Below are positions 1-10,037 of a stretch of DNA of 40,598 nucleotides, in pieces. The stretch's first letter is position 1; each line of letters opens with the position of its first letter. The stretch lies in IMG/VR virus record IMGVR_UViG_3300022698_000177, positions 1 to 40,598 of that record, one strand, 5' to 3'. This stretch comes from a virus (lineage: Duplodnaviria; Caudoviricetes). The position numbers and the translations under genes were made by a program. The notes under the pieces were generated by a model. It saw nothing but the letters and a program-made list of their open reading frames with translations. It had not been told where the DNA came from and did no database searches.

Positions 1-513
1 GACGAAGGCGTTTCATTGAAAACAGCTGAGGAACCTTCTGATGATGATGAGAATTCATACCAAGAAAAAGTTGCTGAGAAGGGAGTTAGATTAGCTGATG
101 AGATAACTAAAAAAATTACAGTCTATAGATTTGTTGATCGAAGGGCACAGGAAGAATCAAGAAAATTAGCAAAAATCAATTCATCTCTTGCAACACAGGT
201 TGTTTCTAAATTGAACAATACTAAATACTCTGATAATCTTAGAGTTATTTTTAGATTGTTTCTAAAAGACATCCCAGACGCTAAATCTCTATGTGGAGCT
301 AATTACGAAAAGTATGTAAGACAATTAATGTCAATAAAACGGACAAGATTAAAAATTTATTTCAAACAACAAATTAATGTTTTACTTCTTAACCTTTTAG
401 AGGATATTGACTACAAAGAAGCATATGGGAAGCTTACGTCACAAACTCAATTCCAAATCAATTTATTTCTCGCCTACTATTTAACAATGGTACTAAAAAA
501 TTCCGTTTGTTAA
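1..513 (+). CDS. Hypothetical protein, 5'-truncated (C-terminal part only)
   Basis: The frame is open from base 1 (gac gaa ggc gtt tca ttg aaa...) to TAA at 511-513 and converges on the - strand block. No recognisable motif. Confidence 0.75.
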   Translation, partial: DEGVSLKTAEEPSDDDENSYQEKVAEKGVRLADEITKKITVYRFVDRRAQEESRKLAKINSSLATQVVSKLNNTKYSDNLRVIFRLFLKDIPDAKSLCGANYEKYVRQLMSIKRTRLKIYFKQQINVLLLNLLEDIDYKEAYGKLTSQTQFQINLFLAYYLTMVLKNSVC

Positions 514-514
514 A

Positions 515-1759
515 TTATAACCCTCCTGGATTAAGACTTGCAAGTAATGCTTGTCTGGATACAGCGTCAGCCGGAGCCCTACCATTTGCAATCACAATCT
601 CTACTGTTGGAGTTTGTCTTCTTCTCGCCGCTTCATTTTTAGCAAGTAAATTTTCTTCGGCTGGAGTTAATACATTTCCTGGTTGGTTTACACTAGTTAG
701 AGCTCCAGCTTGAGTTCCTACTAGTCTTCTTAGATTTGATCTTTTTGTATGTAATGTTCCGTCAGTTTTATTTAATGCATCCAAATAACTTCTAAGAGTT
801 GGTCTATTTGAGAATGTATTATTTCCTTCCTCAATTAATATACTGTTATATAAACTTGTAAAATCTATTCTTAAATCAACAATGGCTAGTTTTTGATTGT
901 AAGCAATTTGTTGTTGATCTCCACCTTTTACTACAGTCATGTTTGTAATGACACATGGATCAAGATTATAAATGCCAGTGGCTTTAATTTTATGAAAGAA
1001 TGGCCAGTTGTATGTTTTACCATCATCTGAACGCGGAAGTGCAAGCAATAAAAACACTGCCAATGGACCCGTTATATATTTTAATGTTGATTCGTAATTA
1101 CCTGGATGTGGATTGTATAATCTAATTGTCGCTGTGTATGATGGAGTGTAACCGCTATTTCTCCAGACTTGAGGGAAGTCAACTCTATGTCCTGCAAGCA
1201 TTTTATTTACTAATTGTGCACCGCCTCCTAACATTCCGCTCAAATTTTGAGCTTGGCCAGCTTGCATCTTACCAATCATTGATTCTATGCCGCCTGCTAT
1301 ATCTTGGGCTGCTCCAGATGCTCCTGTTAATACACTTCCTGCTGCACCGCCAATTCCTTCACCCAGTTCTTTAGACACGTTCCCTAATGCTTTTACGGCC
1401 TGTGTCCCTGTTTGTGAACCTGTCATTTGAGCTAACTGTGACATTCCCATTGACGCAACATCTGTAAACTTCTGTAAAAATGTTTCGCCATAATCATTTG
1501 TAAATGAATCTGTTGGAAAGTTGTCAGCTAAGAATGCTGCTCTAATTGGTATTGGCGTATCAAAGCCATGTTTATTTAAAATCTGCAAATATTTAGCAGA
1601 ATCATCTTGAACTCTAAATAGATTTAATCCACTTTCGAATGAAGGTTTACAAGGGATGATTTCCATGACGGGCATACTATTCACGATCATTTCATCGCTT
1701 AACCACGTTGATGGTGGTAGACCATATATCCCTAAAAATGGATCCAAGTTTCTAGCCAT
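515..1759 (-). CDS. Putative tail tube cap/baseplate structural protein (T4 gp48/gp54-like)
   Basis: 414 aa with AGGAGA RBS. Has a Gly/Ala-rich middle followed by DFPQVW...SYTATIRLYNP...WPF...CVITNMTV...VDLRIDF, a pattern resembling tube-fold baseplate proteins. Lies directly downstream of the tape-measure-like gene. Confidence 0.5.
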   Translation of the reverse strand: MARNLDPFLGIYGLPPSTWLSDEMIVNSMPVMEIIPCKPSFESGLNLFRVQDDSAKYLQILNKHGFDTPIPIRAAFLADNFPTDSFTNDYGETFLQKFTDVASMGMSQLAQMTGSQTGTQAVKALGNVSKELGEGIGGAAGSVLTGASGAAQDIAGGIESMIGKMQAGQAQNLSGMLGGGAQLVNKMLAGHRVDFPQVWRNSGYTPSYTATIRLYNPHPGNYESTLKYITGPLAVFLLLALPRSDDGKTYNWPFFHKIKATGIYNLDPCVITNMTVVKGGDQQQIAYNQKLAIVDLRIDFTSLYNSILIEEGNNTFSNRPTLRSYLDALNKTDGTLHTKRSNLRRLVGTQAGALTSVNQPGNVLTPAEENLLAKNEAARRRQTPTVEIVIANGRAPADAVSRQALLASLNPGGL

Positions 1760-1770
1760 TATCTATCTCC

Positions 1771-4700
1771 TTAGTTGATGTTACATCTTGTAACATCACT
1801 TGCAAATTTATTACCTGATGAGAATCCACCGCCTGCTGATCCACCTCCCCCTCCATTCATATTAGAGAGAGTACTATTTGTCTGAGCAACAATATTTGTA
1901 TTTTGAATTACTGCTGCTGTTGTCTTTTGCCCACTATATCTGATGCTTTCATCAAGTCTATTTTCCAATTTGTTCATACTTCTTCTATGTTCCAGGACTT
2001 CTTTTTGTGACATATAAACATCAGTATTTGCTTCTCTTAATCGATCAAGGCCAAGACTACCACCTTTGGCTTCTCTGATTGCATTTCGTCTTAATTGTTC
2101 AGCATGCATTCTTTGCTCACGACGAAATCTTTGATTTGGAGTAAGAGAGCTTACATTTGATGCTGCTGATTTTTGGTCTGGTTCCCAAGGTGCAGCTCCT
2201 TCATCATTTAACCATTTTTCTAAGTCTGATGAAAATGTTCTGTTGTGTATTGATTTAACTGTGGCTTTTACTCTTTTATATATAGCACCAATTACTGGAA
2301 TTTTTTCAATGTTTTCATCTAACATATCTCTTACTTTAGTAAATACTTTAGATATGGCAACAATAGGGAACATGAGAGTGTACAGTTTTTCTTTAAGATC
2401 TAATTTTTTCCACAACCAAGAGAATGCACCTTTTACAGCGCCTATTATTTTTCCAACCCACATTTTAATCCAATCAATTATACCTGATAGAAAACTTGGT
2501 TTTTCCCACCAGTCTCTAAATTCTTTAATTGCACCACCGAATATTTTATTGAATCCCCATTTTGCAACAACTAAGACTGATTTTGCTGCTTCTCTAAAAG
2601 CTTTCATTGGGAATGTAACAATATTCCAAAGACCTTTTGCTAAATCTCCAATTGTTGCTAATGACTTTGAAATTCCTTCAGAAATTTTCTTTCCTCCAAC
2701 AAAACCAAGAATGCCTCCGGCCGCAGCTCCAATTGCGCCACCCAACATTGTCCCAAGACCAGGTATAACCGAACCTGCTGCAGCTCCTAATGCACCGCCT
2801 TTTAATGCTCCGTGTTTTGCTCCTGCCCAACCAGTTTCTCGGCCCCCCATAAAACCTGCAATACCTCTTATAATCCAGTTGCCAACAAACCCTGTTGCAT
2901 TTCCTTCACGGATAGCGTTGAACATATCCCAAAGACCCATGCCACCACCGACAAGAGCGCCAGCAGTTACACCAACCATTCTTCCAGCAAGTCCCAAACC
3001 AAATTTTCCTGCTGTTCCTAATGCACCACCTGCTTTAGTGGCTGCACCACCAATGGCACCACCAATACCACCGAGACCAAGTTTAGTTGCAGCGCCGCCA
3101 ACAGCTCCACCAATCAGAGAAAGAGCTGGACCTAAAAGTTTAGTCAACTGACCAATACCTTTAAATAACATATCTTTCAAAAAAGTTAATCCAAAGATAG
3201 CAAACTCCCAAATTTTACTTCCCCATTTTTTCAAATTCTTTCTCATTCTATCCATTAATCCAAGCTGTTTTTCTGAATTCTCTGATGATTGTTCTGATGC
3301 TTTTGCTGTAGATGCAATATTTTGTGCCATACTTGGAGAATGTGGTCCTTCTCTTTTCTCTTGAGCTTTTTTCATCTTCATTAAGTTAAAAACATAATCT
3401 CTAATATCAGAGAAATTTTCTTTAACTGATTTTCCACCCAAGAATTTATCTCTTAGATTTTCTTTTGTTACTCCCATATTTCTAAATACTTTGCCTGGTT
3501 TTAAGAAATCTGAAAGACTTGATATTCCAGCCTCTTTCATTGCTGATCTATCAAGACCAAGTTTTTCTATCATTGAATCAAAGATAGATTCACCCATCGA
3601 CTGAATAGATCTAGAGGTCATCATTTCTCGAATTTGACCGAACATCGTAGTTGTCTTTCTTTCAGGAACATTTATTGTACTGCCAGTTGCTTGTTCTGCC
3701 ATTGCTCTAGTATAGACTGTAATTTTATCTATCTGCGGCATTAAGCGTGTGTATATTAAAGATAAAATATTTGCTGATTTCAAAAATACATTATCAGTGG
3801 ACATTGCTCTTCTAACATCACCAGCGTATCCACCTCTTGCTCCAAATAGAAACTTAACAGGGCTTATGATTGCACTTTGTAAAAGATCAGAAAACATTAA
3901 CATGTTTCTAAAAGCTGGATGTTGTAACAAAGTTCGTTGCCATGCAATTCTTAAACGAGATGTCATACCAACCATAGCAACTTTCAATTCAAGAACAGCT
4001 TTTAATAGTCTGTTTTGCCATGAGGCTTCTTTTGTATCTCTTGCTTTTTGAAATTCTTCAATGAATGTTTGAACTAATCCTTTTTGCTGTTTTTGTTCTC
4101 TCTCTACAACAATAGTTTCAACTCTTGATAATCTTTCAGACATTAAATTGAGAGTGTTATTTAATTTTAATGCAATATCAGCAGATTTGGCCTCATCAAT
4201 TTGCTCCAATAGTTTATCAATTGGAGTTACAACTTCAGCTGCATGGACTTCAACAATCCCACCCTTTCTGATGAAACCACCTTCTTGAAGATGTGGCATT
4301 GCTTCTTCTTCTGCTTCTTTTCCTTTACTGAATATTCCTGATATGGTTCCTTTCGCTTTTGACACTCCTTCAGTCATTGCATTTTTTACTTTATCTTTTA
4401 TTCCTTGTGCTGCATCCTTGAAGACATCAGTCTCCATAAATTTGCCTGCAAAATAACCGAATAAAGGAGTGGCTGTTGATAATGCCATTGCTACTGTGTT
4501 TGTTCGATTTATACTAATATCTTCGCTGATTGCTTTTCCGTATTGGTTTATAGCTTGTGTTGTTGCCTTTCCTGTGTCAACAGTAATATTTCTCACACCA
4601 GTTGCAAGAGAATCAATAGTTCTTCCCAAACCCTTTAAAACATTACTATAACCTTGAGCAACGTCTGATGTAATTTCACCTCTTTCCAATTCGAGTTGAG

Positions 4701-4926
4701 CCATCATTTTTTGCTGTTGTTTTGTCAACGCACTGACTTCATTTGAAACTTGTAGTCTTTTTCTGTTTTGCTCTTGTGTTATGTCTTCAACGCTTCTATG
4801 AAGGCTATTTATCCTTTTCGCTCTTGCACTATCCATATTAGTCGTTGTTTCTCGTAACAAATCTTTCGATTTTATTTCGTTTCTAATTTCTGGATCCATT
4901 CCAGGTGGTAATTTTTTATCAGCCAT
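1771..4926 (-). CDS. Tape-measure-like tail protein
   Basis: 1051 aa, helical/coiled-coil, with a long Gly/Ala-rich amphipathic segment (GGAVGGAATK/GGAIGGAATK) and a Trp-spaced helical region. Sits in the morphogenesis block. Confidence 0.65.
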   Translation of the reverse strand: MADKKLPPGMDPEIRNEIKSKDLLRETTTNMDSARAKRINSLHRSVEDITQEQNRKRLQVSNEVSALTKQQQKMMAQLELERGEITSDVAQGYSNVLKGLGRTIDSLATGVRNITVDTGKATTQAINQYGKAISEDISINRTNTVAMALSTATPLFGYFAGKFMETDVFKDAAQGIKDKVKNAMTEGVSKAKGTISGIFSKGKEAEEEAMPHLQEGGFIRKGGIVEVHAAEVVTPIDKLLEQIDEAKSADIALKLNNTLNLMSERLSRVETIVVEREQKQQKGLVQTFIEEFQKARDTKEASWQNRLLKAVLELKVAMVGMTSRLRIAWQRTLLQHPAFRNMLMFSDLLQSAIISPVKFLFGARGGYAGDVRRAMSTDNVFLKSANILSLIYTRLMPQIDKITVYTRAMAEQATGSTINVPERKTTTMFGQIREMMTSRSIQSMGESIFDSMIEKLGLDRSAMKEAGISSLSDFLKPGKVFRNMGVTKENLRDKFLGGKSVKENFSDIRDYVFNLMKMKKAQEKREGPHSPSMAQNIASTAKASEQSSENSEKQLGLMDRMRKNLKKWGSKIWEFAIFGLTFLKDMLFKGIGQLTKLLGPALSLIGGAVGGAATKLGLGGIGGAIGGAATKAGGALGTAGKFGLGLAGRMVGVTAGALVGGGMGLWDMFNAIREGNATGFVGNWIIRGIAGFMGGRETGWAGAKHGALKGGALGAAAGSVIPGLGTMLGGAIGAAAGGILGFVGGKKISEGISKSLATIGDLAKGLWNIVTFPMKAFREAAKSVLVVAKWGFNKIFGGAIKEFRDWWEKPSFLSGIIDWIKMWVGKIIGAVKGAFSWLWKKLDLKEKLYTLMFPIVAISKVFTKVRDMLDENIEKIPVIGAIYKRVKATVKSIHNRTFSSDLEKWLNDEGAAPWEPDQKSAASNVSSLTPNQRFRREQRMHAEQLRRNAIREAKGGSLGLDRLREANTDVYMSQKEVLEHRRSMNKLENRLDESIRYSGQKTTAAVIQNTNIVAQTNSTLSNMNGGGGGSAGGGFSSGNKFASDVTRCNIN

Positions 4927-4938
4927 TTAAAGATCTCC

Positions 4939-5853
4939 TTACAGCTTGTTTATCAATTTATAAACTCTTGGGTCTGGTTTTTTGAGGGTTACAATTACTG
5001 AAATTATTTCTTCAGGAGCATATGTCTCTTGGTAACATAATATATCCATTTTTTGAGGATTTACATTGAATACAGTTTCGTATGCAGTATAGAATGGATT
5101 GATCAAATGTTTGTTGACCATAGCCGCCTTAGATATTAACTCTGGAGCTCCCATTTGATCTGCTTTCCAAAAAATCTTTATCATTACAATATACTGATTA
5201 ACAAGTTCTATAAATTGTTTCTGTGATAAGGTTGTTTTATTTTGAAATGCAGTTATAAGCATCTCATGATATTTTTGTAAATTCTTATTATTGAAGTCTT
5301 TTAATTTTCTTATTTTCAATGATAGAAAGGAAACGATCTCTTCTATTTCTTTTTTATTAATAGTATTTATATTCAATGAAAAAATTCTGCTCCAATAAAA
5401 AGTATAAAAGTTTATAAAATCTTGTTTAAATGTTTGATAGAAACTATTTCCAAATTCATAAGCTGATCTGTGAACTAACTCATGAATTGTAACACTAGCA
5501 AGTATATTGTTTGATGCGAAGCTAAATATATTAGCACCGCTTTCTACAAAAATAAATACCATTTTTCCAATGCTTAAACCAAGATTATATTTTAGAGAAG
5601 ATGGTTGTTTTTTCAAAATTGATTTATAAATTTTGTCAGTCAAATAACATGGAACTAGTTCATTTTGCATCATTAATTTTGCTAAAACTTTTGTGATTGG
5701 TTGAGTAATTGAAGTTTTAGCCATAGCTTTTAAGTATGATTGTTTAAGTTTTGTGGACGTATATATCTTTATACCACCAATAGTTGTAACTACTTGTAAC
5801 TCACCTCTTGGGGCAGCGAATATCTCTGTTATTTGTTTAACTTGATCTTCCAT
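4939..5853 (-). CDS. Hypothetical protein with HExxH zincin-like motif
   Basis: Contains TIHELVH. Start moved to the ATG at 5853 (MEDQVK), which follows a GGAGA RBS. The ORF-track start at 5880 overlaps the terminase gene. Confidence 0.55.
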   Translation of the reverse strand: MEDQVKQITEIFAAPRGELQVVTTIGGIKIYTSTKLKQSYLKAMAKTSITQPITKVLAKLMMQNELVPCYLTDKIYKSILKKQPSSLKYNLGLSIGKMVFIFVESGANIFSFASNNILASVTIHELVHRSAYEFGNSFYQTFKQDFINFYTFYWSRIFSLNINTINKKEIEEIVSFLSLKIRKLKDFNNKNLQKYHEMLITAFQNKTTLSQKQFIELVNQYIVMIKIFWKADQMGAPELISKAAMVNKHLINPFYTAYETVFNVNPQKMDILCYQETYAPEEIISVIVTLKKPDPRVYKLINKL

Positions 5854-5863
5854 GTTATCTCCC

Positions 5864-7519
5864 TTATTGATTTCCTTCATACATGCCTAAAATATCAACA
5901 AACCCTCCCATTTCATCAATTCTTTCTTTAACAGTTGCCATTACAGATTCATTTGTGAAGTTTTTTGAGAGTCTTGTATTTCCAGTAATAATATCAGCCA
6001 TTTCTTGATTTATTTCTGTGTATGTTTCGCTATCAATCATCAATGGTGGGTCATATTTTCTTACGTAGAATACACATGAAGTTGCTAATGCTAAGTCATC
6101 GTGACATCCTGTGTCTGCTTCAACTCTACCATTTGTTTTTGTTACAAGTCCTGTTAATTCCAGAGCTAATCTTTCTGATTTTATACACTCTGGATATTGT
6201 GTTACATATGAATATAGAGCATCGATCATCAATGGTCTGGTTTTACTATTTGTTGAAAGACCAGGTAATATTGTTTGTTTACCGCGTCTTTCTTTGTAAA
6301 TCATATGACCTACTTCACTATTATTCAATTGTTCAACAACTTGGTTCCCATATGAGTTGGATTCTACAACAATCAAACCAGGATATTGTGCAGCTAAAAC
6401 TTTCACAACTTTTACATAATCAAGGACTTTACTTTTACCTTGATACTCTGCAACTTGTTCAAGGGTTTCATAATCCCAAACAGTAACAGCAGATTTATCT
6501 TCTCCATGTTCTGGTGCGGTATCAACACCCATTATATAGTATTTACCAGGTATTGGATTTTTAAATCTCCACAATTCTCCATTGAAAAGTTTCAGTCTTT
6601 CAATTGGTTCTGCAACAGCATCCTGAACTTTTTCAACTGTTTCAGGTTCAAAGAACGATCCCTCAGCTGGCAAGAATTTTAGTTCCAATTCCTGTGCAAT
6701 TTTTCTTGGATCATTATCAAACAATCTACATTGTGTTTTATACCAATCAGGATCATTTGCTAATTCAGGAATCATTTTCCAATGAATAACAAATGGTTCG
6801 AAAATATCATCTCTTGAAATAGATTTTTGGTAACGCTGAAAATACCACTCTCCAACGCCCATTGTTTTATTTGGTGTAGAGAGAACAACCGTTCCATAAG
6901 GAACATTTGCTTTCTTTGCTTGCATCTGGTTTGTTGAAAGAGCAGGAACCATTGAAGTCCAAGCAGTATCAATATGATGAACGAATGCTGCCTCATCGAT
7001 TACCAAGAATGTGATAGCTTTACCACGAAGAGTTTTATCAGGAGCATTTGGATTTACTGGTGAAGCATATACTTTGCTCCCATTTGTAAGAATGAAAGAT
7101 TGCTCTGTTCTTTTTGCAAATCCTCTTCCCAAAGGACCCTTTGGAGGTTTCATCCATTCAGGAACTTTTTCAACCATTCCACGGATTGCTCTCGCAAAGT
7201 CTGTAGCTTCTTTTCCATCCTTTGAAATAATACCAATGACGGCGTTATCGAAAAAGATCGATAACCAGGCAGCATATGCTTGAATGATTGTTGAGATTCC
7301 AATCTGACGGCTCTTTAGTACAAGAACATATCGTTTTGCTTCGACCAGATTTACTAACTCGACCTGTTTTTTGTATGGAATAAGATGCGCGTCTTTACCA
7401 GGAAGTTCAATCATTATATAATTACGGCAGAAGTATTCGAAATTGTTTTTGCATCTGAGGTATTCCGTAATATACTCATCTGCCATATTTTTTAGTTCAG
7501 AAACTTGAAGTTTTGGCAT
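5864..7519 (-). CDS. terL: Terminase large subunit (T4 gp17-like)
   Basis: Walker A LKSRQIGIST, Walker B FLVIDEAAF, coupling motif LSTP, nuclease motifs GVDTA...DKS, VESN and HDDLALA. Confidence 0.93.
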   Translation of the reverse strand: MPKLQVSELKNMADEYITEYLRCKNNFEYFCRNYIMIELPGKDAHLIPYKKQVELVNLVEAKRYVLVLKSRQIGISTIIQAYAAWLSIFFDNAVIGIISKDGKEATDFARAIRGMVEKVPEWMKPPKGPLGRGFAKRTEQSFILTNGSKVYASPVNPNAPDKTLRGKAITFLVIDEAAFVHHIDTAWTSMVPALSTNQMQAKKANVPYGTVVLSTPNKTMGVGEWYFQRYQKSISRDDIFEPFVIHWKMIPELANDPDWYKTQCRLFDNDPRKIAQELELKFLPAEGSFFEPETVEKVQDAVAEPIERLKLFNGELWRFKNPIPGKYYIMGVDTAPEHGEDKSAVTVWDYETLEQVAEYQGKSKVLDYVKVVKVLAAQYPGLIVVESNSYGNQVVEQLNNSEVGHMIYKERRGKQTILPGLSTNSKTRPLMIDALYSYVTQYPECIKSERLALELTGLVTKTNGRVEADTGCHDDLALATSCVFYVRKYDPPLMIDSETYTEINQEMADIITGNTRLSKNFTNESVMATVKERIDEMGGFVDILGMYEGNQ

Positions 7520-7525
7520 CCTACT

Positions 7526-7548
7526 CTCCTTTTATTTTTGTTCTAAAA
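7526..7548 (-). promoter_or_regulatory. Candidate late-promoter motif plus RBS upstream of terminase (TTTTAGAACAAAAATAAAAGGAG)
   Basis: A near-identical TTTT(A/G)GAACAAAAA..TAAAA..GGAG element precedes the hub-like gene at 9011-9042. Confidence 0.4.
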
Positions 7549-7623
7549 TAAGATATATATCTAGAACTATATATATTAATTAATGAAATGAAATGAGTGA
7601 ATTTTTTTAAAAGGAGGATAAGA

Positions 7624-7731
7624 ATGAAGGAGAGAGGTTTTGGAGTAGTGGTTTCTATTTTTTATTCTTTTGCTGACGTGGCGATAAAGGTAATTAAATT
7701 AAAACTCGAGTTAGGGGGGGTGACCCCCTAA
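7624..7731 (+). CDS. Small 35-aa ORF MKERGFGVVVSIFYSFADVAIKVIKLKLELGGVTP (not in ORF track)
   Basis: Perfect AAGGAGG at 7611-7617, 6 nt before the ATG. AT-rich upstream region, and a terminator-like hairpin at its 3' end. Confidence 0.4.
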   Translation: MKERGFGVVVSIFYSFADVAIKVIKLKLELGGVTP

Positions 7732-7744
7732 TTCTTTTTATTTG
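7708..7744 (+). terminator. Intrinsic terminator-like hairpin
   Basis: GAGTTAGGGGG-loop-CCCCCTAATTC followed by TTTTTATTTT on the + strand. Confidence 0.6.
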
Positions 7745-9005
7745 TTCTAACTAAATTTACTGTAGCAGTTGTTTCCCAATCTGAAGGTCTTCTAAACATA
7801 ACCTCTGAACTCCAAAGAATATATTTTCCTTCAAAATCTGCATACTCTACAGTTTTTGGTTTGAATTTTACACACTCGCCTACTTTTGTCAGATGTAAAA
7901 CTGGAAGGTTTCTTTCAATGTTTATTGAAACCGTTGACATGTCAGCAATTGTTCTTCCCATTCTAGAATTGAATATTGCTTCGTTTGTATTATCTCCAGT
8001 ATCTTCATTATAATATTTGGTTCTATTTACAGCAGTATCGATGAACAATTGAGAAGCTGAAGATTTAGATTGATACATAATAGAATATGCTGAAGCAACT
8101 TGATCTAATGATTGTTGAACTGTAGCCGTTAATGTATTATTTGGTCTAACTAAATGACGAATATCTGTTGCCAATGATGCAAACTTTGCATTACCAGAAT
8201 AATCAGTTTGAATTGTATCATATGTATAAAAGGTTTTTCCATCAACACATTCTTCTAAAATTCTTTTTGTTTCTCTTTCGTCTTTCATAGCAGCTAATTC
8301 ATACACAGTAAAAGTCTGAGCTTTTTTTAGCCTTCTTGTTAAATTCATTATATTCACAGTTTTATCATATTGACAAAAAACTCCAGGCGTTCCATTGAAC
8401 AAACCAAATCTTTGATCAAGATATCCATCAAACATATCCATATCGCCTCTATTGTACTCTTTTATAATTTTATAAAAGGTTGTTGGAGGAATACATACTT
8501 GATCAATGCTGGATGTGTTTCGACCGTCTGTATCATAGTTTACTGATGCTCCAACATCAGATGCTAATCTTGATATGATACTTGAAAGATTGGTTCCTAT
8601 GAATACTCTATTAACAAGAGTGTTCATTATTACATATGCATCTCTAGCAACAGTCACGACAGTTAATATAGTTCTGTCTTTTTGAGTTTGTGTAGACATT
8701 TCATCTTTTTCTGTAAGTTGAAAATCAGACGAAACATACATTAGATCAATATCAATTCTTGGGCCAGGATAAATTTGTTCTCTATGAAGAGTTATTCCCA
8801 ATTTAATTGGAGCTCCACCGAATAGATCTTCTATGATTACATCATTCGGATCGATGCTCATAACGAGTGTGACTACCTGATATGCTGTAGATAGTGAAGA
8901 TGTTAAATTTACACTAATCATATCATTCGTATAATCCAAGTCTTTGATCTTGACTTGAATATCGTAAGTTCTATTTGGAGTGAAAACTCTTCTTTCCTCT
9001 GGCAT
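7728..9005 (-). CDS. Putative baseplate hub/tail protein (gp27/Mu gp44-like)
   Basis: 425 aa, beta-rich, with a C-terminal ...VGECVKF...FEGKYILWSSEVMF...WETTATVNLVR typical of hub proteins. Adjacent to the terminase. Confidence 0.45.
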   Translation of the reverse strand: MPEERRVFTPNRTYDIQVKIKDLDYTNDMISVNLTSSLSTAYQVVTLVMSIDPNDVIIEDLFGGAPIKLGITLHREQIYPGPRIDIDLMYVSSDFQLTEKDEMSTQTQKDRTILTVVTVARDAYVIMNTLVNRVFIGTNLSSIISRLASDVGASVNYDTDGRNTSSIDQVCIPPTTFYKIIKEYNRGDMDMFDGYLDQRFGLFNGTPGVFCQYDKTVNIMNLTRRLKKAQTFTVYELAAMKDERETKRILEECVDGKTFYTYDTIQTDYSGNAKFASLATDIRHLVRPNNTLTATVQQSLDQVASAYSIMYQSKSSASQLFIDTAVNRTKYYNEDTGDNTNEAIFNSRMGRTIADMSTVSINIERNLPVLHLTKVGECVKFKPKTVEYADFEGKYILWSSEVMFRRPSDWETTATVNLVRTNKKN

Positions 9006-9010
9006 TCTAT

Positions 9011-9042
9011 CTCCTTTTTTTATTTTTTTGTTCCAAAAAAAA
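9011..9042 (-). promoter_or_regulatory. Candidate late-promoter motif plus RBS (TTTTTTTTGGAACAAAAAAATAAAAAAAGGAG)
   Basis: Shares the motif found upstream of the terminase. Lies just downstream of a hairpin ending the upstream operon. Confidence 0.4.
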
Positions 9043-9055
9043 TACGGGAATAGGT

Positions 9056-9079
9056 TTGGGGATGGTTTCCCACCCCCAA
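9056..9079 (-). terminator. Hairpin TTGGGGGTGG-GAAA-CCATCCCCAA
   Basis: 10-bp stem (one G-U pair) with a GNRA loop, just after the stop of the 313-aa gene. A T-run follows about 13 nt later. Confidence 0.6.
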
Positions 9080-9095
9080 TTTCAGAGATTTAGAA

Positions 9096-10037
9096 CTATG
9101 ATGCCGGAAGCCTTTCTAAGACTTCATACATCCGTGCTGGAATAACGAGAACGCTTTCTGCTGCATTCTCCATAAGGCGCTTGATATTAAGATTCGGTTC
9201 AAAGCTACTATATCGAACGATCGCTAAGAACACTTGCCATGCTGAAGGTAATGGAACCGGTTGTCCTTCTACAACATCCGGAAGCATTTCTTGGAGAAGA
9301 TTCGAAACTTCTTCTCTTCTCTTTTTGCCTAAACCTTCAATGACATCCAATACCCCAAGCATTTCATCTTCTGTCAATCTACTTGAGAAGCTCTGATCAA
9401 TCATATCCACAATGCTATCTGAAAAGATTGTCATGTATGAAGCAATTGCAGATGAAACGCTCGTATCAGAACTTTCGATGTGAACCTGGCGCATCTCACC
9501 AAGAGAGAAGCCAAATGTCACTCTCCGTCTATCATATTCTGTTGTGATACCGAATGCAACCGATGCGGCTCTTGTACCGTTGTAGCTATTGTTCACGATC
9601 ATAACTGGAAGTATATCTCCAACGTTCGGAGCATTCTGTGAACTTTGAATGACAATCTCATTTCGTAAAGACGTCAACTGCGGATGAAGAATGTGATTCT
9701 CGGTCATAATCGGCATACCAACTGAAGCAATGGCATTTCGGATTCTGTCATTCAATACGTCGTTTCCGATGAATTTATAAAGATTCGATACGGTACCACA
9801 ATATTCATACTCAGGTGTTTCTTGCCCTTCAGTAATATCAACGGGTCTTGTATAGATTGCTAGTCTTGGTAATTCTAAACCATCCGTAGGATGAGGATGA
9901 TTGTCTTCATGAGGTTTCATAGTTGCTAATTGACGATAGACGACCTCTGAATATCTATCGACGTAAGAGTATTGGCCTTTGTAATCTAACTCTGTATTCA
10001 GGCCCATATCTCTGGCTCTTTCTGCAAAAGGTGTCAC
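9096..10037 (-). CDS. DUF932-like protein
   Basis: 313 aa. GTVSNLYK..N and VMIVNNSYNGTRAASVAFG resemble the DUF932 NSxDG motif. Confidence 0.5.
   Translation of the reverse strand: MTPFAERARDMGLNTELDYKGQYSYVDRYSEVVYRQLATMKPHEDNHPHPTDGLELPRLAIYTRPVDITEGQETPEYEYCGTVSNLYKFIGNDVLNDRIRNAIASVGMPIMTENHILHPQLTSLRNEIVIQSSQNAPNVGDILPVMIVNNSYNGTRAASVAFGITTEYDRRRVTFGFSLGEMRQVHIESSDTSVSSAIASYMTIFSDSIVDMIDQSFSSRLTEDEMLGVLDVIEGLGKKRREEVSNLLQEMLPDVVEGQPVPLPSAWQVFLAIVRYSSFEPNLNIKRLMENAAESVLVIPARMYEVLERLPAS

Noticed and set aside
3030-3115. Repeated GCACCACC-like units
   Set aside because: Coding repeats of GGAxGGAATK, not a CRISPR array or DNA-level repeat.
2243-3151. 302-aa + strand Pro/Ala-rich ORF
   Set aside because: Antisense shadow of the Gly/Ala-rich part of the tape-measure-like gene, with no independent motif.
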